Source: Chloroflexota bacterium (GTDB lineage Bacteria > Chloroflexota > Dehalococcoidia > UBA2979). Taken from it: 23,145 nucleotides of DNA. This document shows positions 15,225-23,145 of the stretch, one piece after another (the first letter of the stretch is position 1; the number at the start of each line of letters is the position of its first letter). Under the pieces are notes generated by a model, which saw nothing but the letters and a program-made list of their open reading frames with translations, was not told the DNA's origin and did not search any database. The stretch is taken from contig JAQCIU010000045.1 in NCBI GenBank assembly GCA_027593235.1, positions 1 to 23,145 of the forward strand, given 5' to 3'. The position numbers and the translations under genes were made by a program.

Positions 15225-16064
15225 TTAGTCAGCGCTGCCGCGCTTGGCGACCTGGAAGATCGTGGTGTGGCGGATACGCGTCAGCTCGGTGCCGTCCTCG
15301 GCGATCAGCTTCGCGTCGAGCACCGCGTAGTGGTGGCCCTTGCGCTCGAACGCGTCGGCCAGCCGTCCGATCGAGGTGACCGTCTGGCCCGACTCGAAGC
15401 GCGCGAGGTTCTGCACGTGCGTCGACGAGTGAATCGCCGGACCGTAATCGAACGAGTGGTGCATCAGGCGCGTCATGCGACCGGCGATCCAGCCGGGGTG
15501 GACCAGCGGGTGCGCGCCGATGAAGCGCGGGTCCGAGGTGCGCTGCTTCTCGACGCCGTACTCGCGCGCGTCCGCCTCGCTGATCGGGGTGGCGAGTGGG
15601 CGCATCTGGTCGGTGCTGTGCGCGAGGTCGAGCGTGAGTCGCGGCAGTTTCGCCGGGCGCTCCTCGGCGGTGCGACGCTCCGGCTCGGTGATCTCGTCGA
15701 ACCAGGGCGCCTTGCCCAGGCCCAGCTCTCCGACGAGCGCGTTATCGCCGCTCGGCTTGGTCATCCGGAACGTGTGCCCGCCCTCGGCGGTCTCATCCAC
15801 GCGGACCGTCAGCTCGTCGCCCGGGTAGGTCGGTCGGCGGAACCGAACCAGCGCCCAGCCGTCGTCGAGCCAGCGCTCGCCGAGCGACTCGAGGATCGTT
15901 GGCGTCGCCCAGCCCCAGACCGTCACGCCCCCAACGAGCGCCGCCTGGTACCCATAGTCCTTCGCGCCCTGCGTCGAGTGGATGGCGTTTGAGATGGTCG
16001 GATCGTCCGGACCATCGAGGAACGCGGTCACCACGTTCTCGGCAAAACGGTTCGCGGTCGTCAT
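15225..16064 (-). CDS. MaoC-like double-hotdog protein (putative R-specific hydratase/dehydratase)
   Basis: ATG 16064 after GGAGGG. SNAIHSTQGAKDYGYQAALVGG is a MaoC NxIH motif, followed by VRFRRPTYPGDEL. A second hotdog half includes AIHSSTHVQN and FERKGHHYAVLD. Confidence 0.75.
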   Translation of the reverse strand: MTTANRFAENVVTAFLDGPDDPTISNAIHSTQGAKDYGYQAALVGGVTVWGWATPTILESLGERWLDDGWALVRFRRPTYPGDELTVRVDETAEGGHTFRMTKPSGDNALVGELGLGKAPWFDEITEPERRTAEERPAKLPRLTLDLAHSTDQMRPLATPISEADAREYGVEKQRTSDPRFIGAHPLVHPGWIAGRMTRLMHHSFDYGPAIHSSTHVQNLARFESGQTVTSIGRLADAFERKGHHYAVLDAKLIAEDGTELTRIRHTTIFQVAKRGSAD

Positions 16065-16095
16065 GAAGCCCTCCAGGCCTGCCGGGTCGGGGCCG

Positions 16096-16101
16096 ATTGT
16101 A
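16096..16101 (-). promoter_or_regulatory. Putative internal -10 (TACAAT)
   Basis: Near-consensus hexamer in the 65-nt gap upstream of the MaoC-like gene. Confidence 0.5.
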
Positions 16102-16129
16102 GCCGGGCCGCCGTCCGAGGAAACGTTTG

Positions 16130-17248
16130 CTAGCCGAGCCACTCCGCCAGCACGCCGTCCGTGTCCTGCCCCGGCTCCGCCGGAGCCGGACGGTTCGGCA
16201 CCGCGGGCCCGTCTTCGAGGCGGAACGGGCGTCCGGGAATCGCGACCGCCGCGCCGGTCGGGCCGGGCACCTCACGCAGCGTCGCGCGCGCCTCGAGCTG
16301 CGGGCACGAGAACAGATCGTCGACGGTCTGGACCAGCGCGAAGGTCAGGTGCAGCGCCTCCGCCTGTTCGAACCACTCCTGCGCCGTCTGGCGAAGGAAC
16401 GGCGGTACGAACAGCTCCAGGTACTCGTCCCAGTGCTGCATGCGCCCCTCGGCGGTCGCGAACCGCTCCTCGCCGAGCCGCGGTTCAGCGAGGAGTTTGG
16501 CGACGCCGTCCATCCGCATGTTCGAGACGGCGCCCGCGGCGCAGTACACGAACCGATCGGAGGCCGGCACCATCCGCAGCGCCTGCTTGATCCGCTGCTC
16601 GCGGCGTGCCACCTCGCCGTCGTGGGCGTACGCCGAAGTCGGCGTGTAGGTCAGCGCCGCCATCGCCTCGACGAGCGACACGTCGACACGGCGCAGTCCG
16701 GCGCCGAGGTCCGACGACAGCTTCGCCGCGACCGCCGCGCCCGCGCCGGCGAGCCCGCCGGTCATCGCCGCCGCGTACGGCGGGAGTTGCATCGGCGGCT
16801 GGTCCCATTCGCCGGTCAGGAAGAGCAGACCGCTGGCCGCCTGCACCACGAGATCCGAGGCCGCCCAGCCCGCCCGTGGACCGCGCAGCCCGAACGCCGT
16901 CACCGACACCACCGCCGATCGCGGAGTGAGGGTCGCGAACGCCGCGCGCTCGATTCCGCTCGCGGCGGCACCCGTCGGCGAAAAGTCGCCGATCACCACG
17001 TCCGCCGCGCCCGCGAGTCGATCGAGGGCCGCGCGATCCTCGAGGACCACGCTCCGCTTGCCGCTGTTCACGAACGCGAACGCGCCGCCTTCGCCGCCAC
17101 CCCAGCGCGAGCCCTGGCGCCGCAGCGGATCGCCACCGCGCGGCTCGACCTTCACCACGTCCCAGCCCACCTCGGCGAGCAGCTTCGTCGCGTAGCCGCC
17201 GGCCACACCGGTCGACAGATCGATCGCCCGCGGCGCGCTCTCGCTCAC
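16130..17248 (-). CDS. Family III CoA-transferase subunit lacking the catalytic Asp
   Basis: Motifs AIDLSTGVAGGYATKLLAE, VVKVEPRGGDPLR and NSGKRSV. The Asp-equivalent segment reads PYAAAMTGG. GTGA overlap with the upstream gene. Confidence 0.9.
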   Translation of the reverse strand: MSESAPRAIDLSTGVAGGYATKLLAEVGWDVVKVEPRGGDPLRRQGSRWGGGEGGAFAFVNSGKRSVVLEDRAALDRLAGAADVVIGDFSPTGAAASGIERAAFATLTPRSAVVSVTAFGLRGPRAGWAASDLVVQAASGLLFLTGEWDQPPMQLPPYAAAMTGGLAGAGAAVAAKLSSDLGAGLRRVDVSLVEAMAALTYTPTSAYAHDGEVARREQRIKQALRMVPASDRFVYCAAGAVSNMRMDGVAKLLAEPRLGEERFATAEGRMQHWDEYLELFVPPFLRQTAQEWFEQAEALHLTFALVQTVDDLFSCPQLEARATLREVPGPTGAAVAIPGRPFRLEDGPAVPNRPAPAEPGQDTDGVLAEWLG

Positions 17249-18522
17249 GAGGAAGCCCCATCCCGTGCCGCTTGCCAGCGATCGCGAACGTCCTCGATTG
17301 GCACGACGCGCGACAACTCGCCGCGCTCGATCCGGACCGCGCTGTCGGGGACCGCACGGGTGCCGCCAGCGGGAGCACTCGCGGAGTCGACGGCTGCTCC
17401 GGTGGCGAAGAGCGCGTCGACCGCGGAGGTGTCGTAGCCGGCCTCGAGGAGGACCGCCCGTGTCGAGGCGCCGATCTCCTCCGGGGCGTGCAACGCCGGC
17501 GGACCGCCGCCCCAGACCGGCCCGGCGAGCGGGACGCCGTCAGCGTCCGTGGACGCGAGCACGCCGAAGTAGGAGCGCGCCCAGAGCTGCGCGTCGCTGA
17601 CCTGATCCGAGGAGTCCGCGACCACCGAGGCGGCGACGCCCTCGGACTGGAGCGCGACCGCGACGTCCTCGGCGTTTCGCGCGCCGATCGCCGCCGCGAT
17701 CGCGACGGAAGTGGGATCGCCCTCGATCGCCAGCGCGCGGCCCACGGCCGCGAGTTGATCGGCCGCGGCGCTGACCGCGACGTGCCGATCCGCGCCGGCA
17801 GCAGCGAAGACCTCGTGCAGCGCGAAGCGCGTGTCGAGGTTGCCGGCGCGGCGCGGCTCCGTGCCGCCGAACGCCCGCTCCGCGACCGTGGCGCCGATCT
17901 GGCTGATCGCCGTCTCGTACAGCGAGATGTCGATGTGCTGCCCGAGCCCGGTCCGTCCGCGGCGTTCGAGCGCCGCGAGGATCGCCGTCAGCAGGTGCAG
18001 CCCGCAGATGTTGTCGGCGTAGACGATCGTGCCCGGACGTCCCGGCCACGCATCCGCTTCGCCAATCAGGTTGTTCTGGCCGGAGATCGATTCCGCGCCG
18101 GGGCCAAAGAGCGGCCGCTCGCCCCACGGACCGGTCGTCCCGAAGCCGGTCAGCGAGACGTACACGACGTCGTCGCGGACCGCCTTGATCCCGGGGTAGT
18201 CGATCCCGAACTTGCGCATCACCCGTGGCGTGTAGTTGTGCGCCACGACGTCGCAGGTCGCGGCGATGCGACGGAACGCCTCCGGACCGGCCGACTGCGA
18301 GAGATCGAGGGCGACCCGACGCTTGTTCCGGAACAGATCGACGCCCGCGACCACCGGCGCGCGGCCGGGCGCCTCCACGCGGATCACTTCGGCGCCTAGA
18401 TCGGCGAGGTGACGTGTGGCGAACGGGAGCGCCGCGGCCTGCTCCATCGAGAGCACACGGACGCCCTCGAGCGGGCGCCCGACACCGGTGATCGCGGCCT
18501 CGATCGGATCGATCGTGGTCAC
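17245..18522 (-). CDS. Family III CoA-transferase subunit with catalytic-type Asp
   Basis: Motifs PLEGVRVLSMEQAAALPFATRHLADLGAEVIRVE, RNKRRVALDL, TGFGTTGP and VYADNICG. Confidence 0.9.
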   Translation of the reverse strand: MTTIDPIEAAITGVGRPLEGVRVLSMEQAAALPFATRHLADLGAEVIRVEAPGRAPVVAGVDLFRNKRRVALDLSQSAGPEAFRRIAATCDVVAHNYTPRVMRKFGIDYPGIKAVRDDVVYVSLTGFGTTGPWGERPLFGPGAESISGQNNLIGEADAWPGRPGTIVYADNICGLHLLTAILAALERRGRTGLGQHIDISLYETAISQIGATVAERAFGGTEPRRAGNLDTRFALHEVFAAAGADRHVAVSAAADQLAAVGRALAIEGDPTSVAIAAAIGARNAEDVAVALQSEGVAASVVADSSDQVSDAQLWARSYFGVLASTDADGVPLAGPVWGGGPPALHAPEEIGASTRAVLLEAGYDTSAVDALFATGAAVDSASAPAGGTRAVPDSAVRIERGELSRVVPIEDVRDRWQAARDGASS

Positions 18523-18528
18523 CGCGGG

Positions 18529-19458
18529 CTAGAAGGTGGCGATCGGGTTCACCGGCGAACCGGTCCCGCCGATCACGATCAGCGGCGCGATCACCAGCAT
18601 GAATTCGTAGCGGCCGTGCTCCGCGCAGATCTGGGACAGCCGTTCGAAGTTTGCGTTGTCCAACAGCGGCAACCCCATGTGCGGGATCACCACCTCGTGG
18701 ATCGGAATGCGGCCGTACTGCTCCTGGCCGGACGCCTCCTGGAGGTCCCAGCCGAGCAATGATGCGTCCGTCTCGTGGAGGAACTCGATCGCCGAGACGC
18801 CGACGCCCGGGTTCTTCGAGGGAACGCCACCAAATTCGTGGTCCGGGTTCAGCCGGAAGAACGGCTCCGCGCCGGAGCGAATCAGCACCGCGTCCCCTGG
18901 GCGCGGCTCGATGAGCTGCTGCTCCGCCCACTCCTGGAGGTGCCAGCCCTCGACCGGTTCTCCCAGCGCCACGTGATCAGCGCCACGCATCACCGGGATG
19001 TCGTAGAGCACCCCACGCGTCACGATGCCGTCGCGCCAGTAGTCGACGGAGTTCGTCTTCGCGCCATCCTCGGTCACCAGCGACGAGTCGCGGCCGTTGT
19101 AGAGCTGGCCGTTGTCGCCGGTGAAGATGTGGCACAGCGCATCGATGTGGGTGTTCACGAACCCGTGGTACGAAACGCCGATGTAGTCGCCCGAGGACCA
19201 TGGTCCGACCGACATCTTGTGGTCAGCCGGTCGCGGGTTGCGCGGACCGCTGATCACCGCTTCCGTCGCGATCGGGTTGGCCAGCGACACCGTGCGCCCA
19301 TTGCGGACCAGCGCACTCGCATCGCGACGCACCTCGTCGCTGATGTGATTCAGCGTGCCAAGTTGATCGTCCGTGCCCCAGCGGCCCCAGTTGCTGAAGC
19401 GCTCCTTGTAGGCCAGATACTCTTCGACGCTCGGTTGCGTTCGTGTTTGCAGTGTCAT
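18529..19458 (-). CDS. Cyclase-family (kynurenine formamidase/isatin hydrolase-like) metallohydrolase
   Basis: ATG 19458 after GAGGGGGA. Motifs NWGRWGTDDQLGTLN, the HGFVNTHIDALCH metal motif, GIVTRGVLYD, PGDAVLIRSG and GGTGSPVNPIA. Confidence 0.92.
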   Translation of the reverse strand: MTLQTRTQPSVEEYLAYKERFSNWGRWGTDDQLGTLNHISDEVRRDASALVRNGRTVSLANPIATEAVISGPRNPRPADHKMSVGPWSSGDYIGVSYHGFVNTHIDALCHIFTGDNGQLYNGRDSSLVTEDGAKTNSVDYWRDGIVTRGVLYDIPVMRGADHVALGEPVEGWHLQEWAEQQLIEPRPGDAVLIRSGAEPFFRLNPDHEFGGVPSKNPGVGVSAIEFLHETDASLLGWDLQEASGQEQYGRIPIHEVVIPHMGLPLLDNANFERLSQICAEHGRYEFMLVIAPLIVIGGTGSPVNPIATF

Positions 19459-19480
19459 GGAATCCCCCTCGCGCGGCGGG

Positions 19481-19489
19481 ATTGTAGCA
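19481..19489 (-). promoter_or_regulatory. Putative extended -10 (TGcTACAAT) for the cyclase/CoA-transferase operon
   Basis: TGn-TACAAT 22 nt upstream of the start codon. Confidence 0.6.
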
Positions 19490-19546
19490 GCGTGGCGGAT
19501 CTCGCTCGGGGGGCTCGCGCTCGTGTACAGGAAACGCAATACAGTG

Positions 19547-19568
19547 ACTTGTGCCAAATGGCACAAGT
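19547..19568. promoter_or_regulatory. Palindromic operator, Rex/CRP-like spacing
   Basis: Perfect inverted repeat ACTTGTGCCA-AA-TGGCACAAGT between a TACAGT -10 candidate (19540-19545) and the GGAGGG RBS of the cupredoxin gene. Confidence 0.7.
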
Positions 19569-19579
19569 GGAGGGAACCT

Positions 19580-20056
19580 ATGTCACGAGTACGCGGTTTG
19601 GCTCTGTTGAGTCTGCTCACCATCGGCCTGTTTGCGCTCGTCGGCTGCAGCAGCAGCGACGACGACGCCGACGCCAGCGCCACCAGCGAGGGGACGGCGG
19701 CGGCCACCGCGGAAGGCGGCGCTGACGAGACGGCGCTGGCCTACCGGCTCGCCGACTTCGAGATCGTTGGCCCGGCGATCGTCGCCGCGGGCAACGTCCG
19801 ATTCGACGTCACGAACGCCGGTTCGCAGCTGCACGAGTTCGTGATCGTCCGCAGCGACGCCGCCCCGGACGCGCTCCCGATCGTCGATGCGCTCGTCCCG
19901 GAGGACCAACTCGACCTCGTCGGTGAGATCGAGGAGTTCGCAGCTGGCGAGGAGCGCTCGAGCTCGTTCAACCTGACGCCGGGTACCTACCTGCTGATCT
20001 GCAACATCGCCGGGCACTACCAGCTCGGGATGGTCGCGCAGCTCGGCGTCGAGTAA
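19580..20056 (+). CDS. Blue-copper (cupredoxin; auracyanin/sulfocyanin-like) lipoprotein
   Basis: Signal peptide with lipobox LVGC, then a low-complexity linker. Type 1 Cu ligands: His in LHEF and CNIAGHYQLGM. Confidence 0.88.
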   Translation: MSRVRGLALLSLLTIGLFALVGCSSSDDDADASATSEGTAAATAEGGADETALAYRLADFEIVGPAIVAAGNVRFDVTNAGSQLHEFVIVRSDAAPDALPIVDALVPEDQLDLVGEIEEFAAGEERSSSFNLTPGTYLLICNIAGHYQLGMVAQLGVE

Positions 20057-20081
20057 CGCAGGCCTCGGAAGCTCGGCTTCC

Positions 20082-20111
20082 CGGAAACGCGCCCTGCGGG
20101 GCGCGTTTCCG
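20082..20111. terminator. Hairpin between convergent genes (probable terminator)
   Basis: Perfect 13-bp stem CGGAAACGCGCCC-TGCG-GGGCGCGTTTCCG, 25 nt after the cupredoxin stop. Confidence 0.65.
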
Positions 20112-20197
20112 CGTCTGGCACTGCCGTCGGATCGGTGATCGACCGGCCACGCGCGACATGCCATCGAGGACCGTCGCGCCGCGGGGCGCGCTCAGCC

Positions 20198-21015
20198 TCA
20201 GACGAGCGGATAGGCGGCGCCGCTCGGCACGAAGAGGTAGTTCGACCATTCGATGTTGCTGTGTTGCTCTACCACGGTCACCGGCTCCCGCCGCCCATCC
20301 GCCTGCAGCCTGATCATCTGGTAACCGGCGTCCTGCAACAGCGCGACCACGGCATCCTGGCGCTCACGGCGGATCGCCATCGGCCCGTTGCCGCCATAGG
20401 TGGGCAGCAACTCCGTGACGATGTAGGGCTGGTCGCGCTCGATGAACGGCATCAGTGTCCGAAACACCTCCAGCTCCGCATCCTCCACGTCGACCTTCAA
20501 CACGCCCCAGCGCGCCGCTACCAACTCAGGCGGCAGGAACGCGCCCTCGATGATCGCCACCTTGATCCGGCGGCCGAACCACGAGTCCGGGAGAATGCCC
20601 TCGACGAGGCTCCCCTCGCCGCCACCGACGGTGCGGCTGCGCAGATCCACCGCGCCGGTCGTCGCGCCGATCCCGAACGGATACACGGCGCAGTGATCGA
20701 GGTCGTTCGCTTCCACCAGCGCGTTCACGTAATGAACGCACGAGGGGTTCGGCTCGAAGCCGAAGTACTCCCAGTCAGCGCGCACCGACTTCGCCGCCAG
20801 TAGCGTCTGGCCCAGGTTCACGCCCACGTCCACGAAACAGCCGGTGGCATGCCGTTCAGATCCACCAGGAGTGGGACCATCAACGGCTCGTAGTCGTGCC
20901 GCAGGCGCGCGCCGACACCGGCGAGCACGGGCACCCGGTAGCGCCGGCCATTCAGCCGCTTCCGCATCGTGAAGTTGACGCGCCGGGCGGCGGCCAGTCG
21001 CAACTCTCGGAGCAT
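20198..21015 (-). pseudogene. FkbM-family SAM-dependent methyltransferase with an apparent frameshift near 20840-20865
   Basis: FkbM motifs FVDVGVNLG, GFEPNP, LKVDVEDAELEV and PYIVTE lie in one frame. The RBS-supported start (GGAGGT-6nt-ATG 21015) and a natural-looking N-terminus lie in another frame that stops at 20818. Confidence 0.7.
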
Positions 21016-21155
21016 GCGCGCACCTCCGCACCGTGGTCCGCGCGCAGCCTACGTCCTAGCGAATATTCCTGTCCGTTTATTCTCGTTAATCGCTCGTATG
21101 AATCACGGCAGGCATCCGAGCGAGCGAGCGCGGCGGAACGGGAGCGCCTCGGCGA

Positions 21156-22562
21156 TCAGTCCACGTCGGCGGTGCTCGACGAGCGCCGTGCGTCGCCTGA
21201 AGCGGGACGCGGGGCGTCGTGCGGCTCCGCGCCCAACTCGCCGGGCACGTAGTACACATTGCCCTCGACCGAGGGTGGCCGATGACTCTGTTCCGGCACC
21301 ACGTGACCGGGGCGATCGTGGGCGTTCTGGTAGCCGGCGCCGTAGCCCAGCTCCTTCATCAGCCCGGTTGCGGCGTTACGCAGGTGCATCGGCACGGCGT
21401 CGTTGCGCGTCCGTTCGGCGTCGGCCTGCGCTCGACCGTAGGCCACGTACGCCGAGTTCGACTTGGGTGCGCGCGCCAGATAGACCGTCGTCTCCGCCAG
21501 CGGCAACTTCGCCTCCGGCATCCCCAGGAAATGCACCGCTTGCTGGCACGCGACCGCCAGCGGCAGCGCCTGCGGGTCGGCGAGCCCGACGTCCTCGGCG
21601 GCGAGGATCACGAGGCGGCGGACGACGAAGAGCGGATCCTCGCCTGCCTCCAGCATCCGCGCGAGCCAGTAGAGCGCGCCGTCCGGATCGGAGTCGCGCA
21701 TCGTCTTGATGAACGCCGAGACCGTGTCGTAATGGGCGTCGCCCATCCGGTCGTAGAGCATCGTCGGGTGCTGGGCGGCGCCCTCGAGGGCTTCGCGCGT
21801 CACGCGACGCACGCCGTTGTCGTCCGGCTTCGTGATCCGCGCGGTCAGCTCCACCAGGTTGAGCGCGGTGCGCGCGTCGCCCGCCGCCAGCTCCGGCACC
21901 ACGCGCAGCGCCTCCTCCTCGACCTCGACGTGATGGGCGCCCAGTCCGCGCTCCTCATCGGCGACCGCGTGCTTGACGATCTCGATCAGATCCTCGGGGC
22001 CCAACAGCTCCAGCCGGAACACGCGGCAGCGCGAGAGCAACGGGCCGACGACGTAGAACGACGGGTTCTCCGTCGTCGCGCCGATCAGCGTGACCGTGCC
22101 CGCTTCCACGTGGGGAAGCAGCGCGTCCTGCTGTGCGCGGTTGAAGCGGTGCAGCTCATCGATGAAGAGGATCGTGCGGCGTCCGGAGATCCGCTCGCGT
22201 TCGCGCGCCTCCTCGATCAATCGCCGCACGTCCGCCACGCCCGAGGACACCGCCGACAGCTCCGCGAAGTAGCGCTGCGTATGCGCCGCGACGATCGAGG
22301 CCAGCGTCGTCTTCCCCGCGCCCGGTGGTCCCCACAGCACGATCGAGGTGAGGTCGTCGGCATCGATCATCCGGCGCAGCGGCCGGTCCACGCCAACCAC
22401 GGCTTCCTGTCCGACAAACTCGTCAAGCGACCGGGGCCGCATCCGCGCGGCCAGCGGCGCGCCCTTCGGCAGCTTCGGTGCGCTCGAGGGCTCCTCGAAC
22501 AGATCGCTCTGCACCCCGGGTGGCGGGGCGCCAGCACGGCGGCGTGAGGGTGGGGTAGTCAC
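21156..22562 (-). CDS. rarA: Replication-associated recombination protein A (RarA/MgsA AAA+ ATPase)
   Basis: Motifs [17 protein letters not shown], Walker [41 protein letters not shown] and VPMHLRNA. Confidence 0.96.
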   Translation of the reverse strand: MTTPPSRRRAGAPPPGVQSDLFEEPSSAPKLPKGAPLAARMRPRSLDEFVGQEAVVGVDRPLRRMIDADDLTSIVLWGPPGAGKTTLASIVAAHTQRYFAELSAVSSGVADVRRLIEEARERERISGRRTILFIDELHRFNRAQQDALLPHVEAGTVTLIGATTENPSFYVVGPLLSRCRVFRLELLGPEDLIEIVKHAVADEERGLGAHHVEVEEEALRVVPELAAGDARTALNLVELTARITKPDDNGVRRVTREALEGAAQHPTMLYDRMGDAHYDTVSAFIKTMRDSDPDGALYWLARMLEAGEDPLFVVRRLVILAAEDVGLADPQALPLAVACQQAVHFLGMPEAKLPLAETTVYLARAPKSNSAYVAYGRAQADAERTRNDAVPMHLRNAATGLMKELGYGAGYQNAHDRPGHVVPEQSHRPPSVEGNVYYVPGELGAEPHDAPRPASGDARRSSSTADVD

Positions 22563-22568
22563 GCACGC

Positions 22569-22574
22569 AGTCTA
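22569..22574 (-). promoter_or_regulatory. Putative -10 (TAGACT) of a leaderless rarA transcript
   Basis: TAnnnT hexamer 6 nt upstream of the GTG start, with no RBS. Confidence 0.5.
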
Positions 22575-22666
22575 TGCATCAATCATCGCGAACGTTGGTG
22601 GGGAGCCGTCGCGCGCGATGGTACGGTGAACTCAAGACACCCTGACCCAACCAAAGGAGCCCGCAC

Positions 22667-23098
22667 ATGGCCGCCATGATTCAACACGTCGATCCCCACA
22701 TACGAGTAAAGAACGTCGCCCGCTCAGCCGAGTGGTACGCACGCATGCTCGGCCTCACGGTCGAGATGGCGATGCCCGACAAGAAGGCCCCGAGCTTCGT
22801 CCGCTTGGGCAGCGACGCCGGTGTCGCGCTGATGATCAGCGACGGCGGCGACCCGATGAAGGCGAAGCCCCCAACCAAGACCGTCGCCGCCGCGATCAGC
22901 ACCCGCAAGGCACAGCACGTCGTCGACCTCTACTTCCGCGTCGACAGCGACGTGAAGAAGCTCTACGCCTCGGCCAAGCGCAAGGGCGCGAAGATCAGCC
23001 AGGAGCTAACCGAGCAGCCGTACGGGATGCTCGACTTCGCGATGAAGGACCCGGACGGCTACACCGTCACGGTGGGCCAGGACGTCACGCCCTCGTAG
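22667..23098 (+). CDS. VOC (glyoxalase/bleomycin resistance) family protein
   Basis: Motifs HIRVKNVARSAEWYARMLG, LYFRVD and QPYGMLDFAMKDPDGY. RBS AAGGAG. Upstream TGgTACGGT (22619-22627). Confidence 0.9.
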   Translation: MAAMIQHVDPHIRVKNVARSAEWYARMLGLTVEMAMPDKKAPSFVRLGSDAGVALMISDGGDPMKAKPPTKTVAAAISTRKAQHVVDLYFRVDSDVKKLYASAKRKGAKISQELTEQPYGMLDFAMKDPDGYTVTVGQDVTPS

Positions 23099-23145
23099 CG
23101 CCGCGTCGCACCTCGATCGAAACGGCCGGCGCTCACGCGCCGGCC

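Noticed and set aside
19640-19725. Short triplet repeats (AGC, GAC) in the cupredoxin gene
   Set aside because: They encode an ordinary low-complexity lipoprotein linker (SSSDDDADAS), not a repeat element.
1-23145. CRISPR arrays, IS elements, phage or defence genes
   Set aside because: No regularly spaced direct repeats, terminal inverted repeats, or transposase/integrase/nuclease motifs were seen.

Overview
A very GC-rich bacterial chromosomal segment. The gene content is suggestive of Chloroflexota/Dehalococcoidia-like organisms, but this is inference only. Housekeeping genes flank it: partial mutS, a PAS-GGDEF cyclase and tRNA-Leu(UAA) on the left; rarA and a VOC protein on the right. Between them lies a ~17 kb catabolic region of two convergent gene runs. 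The + strand run encodes a ferritin-like dimetal protein with a full ligand set, a paralog that has lost all six ligands, an FmdB-type CxxC..CxxC protein, an SCP2-like protein, a lone xanthine-dehydrogenase-family Mo subunit, a MoaD-like protein with a masked GG, and a two-domain family III CoA-transferase. The - strand run encodes a cyclase-family metallohydrolase, two family III CoA-transferase pairs, a MaoC-like double hotdog protein and an atypical crotonase. The best candidate for an undescribed system is the four-gene 2449-5545 unit, which looks like an alpha/beta multicomponent diiron oxygenase/oxidase. The active-plus-inactive pairing recurs three more times among the CoA-transferases. 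Other notable items: a perfect Rex/CRP-like palindrome before a blue-copper lipoprotein, a frameshifted FkbM methyltransferase, and a mutS with no canonical start codon. No CRISPR array, integrase or transposase was seen. All family calls come from motif recognition by eye, not from database searches.
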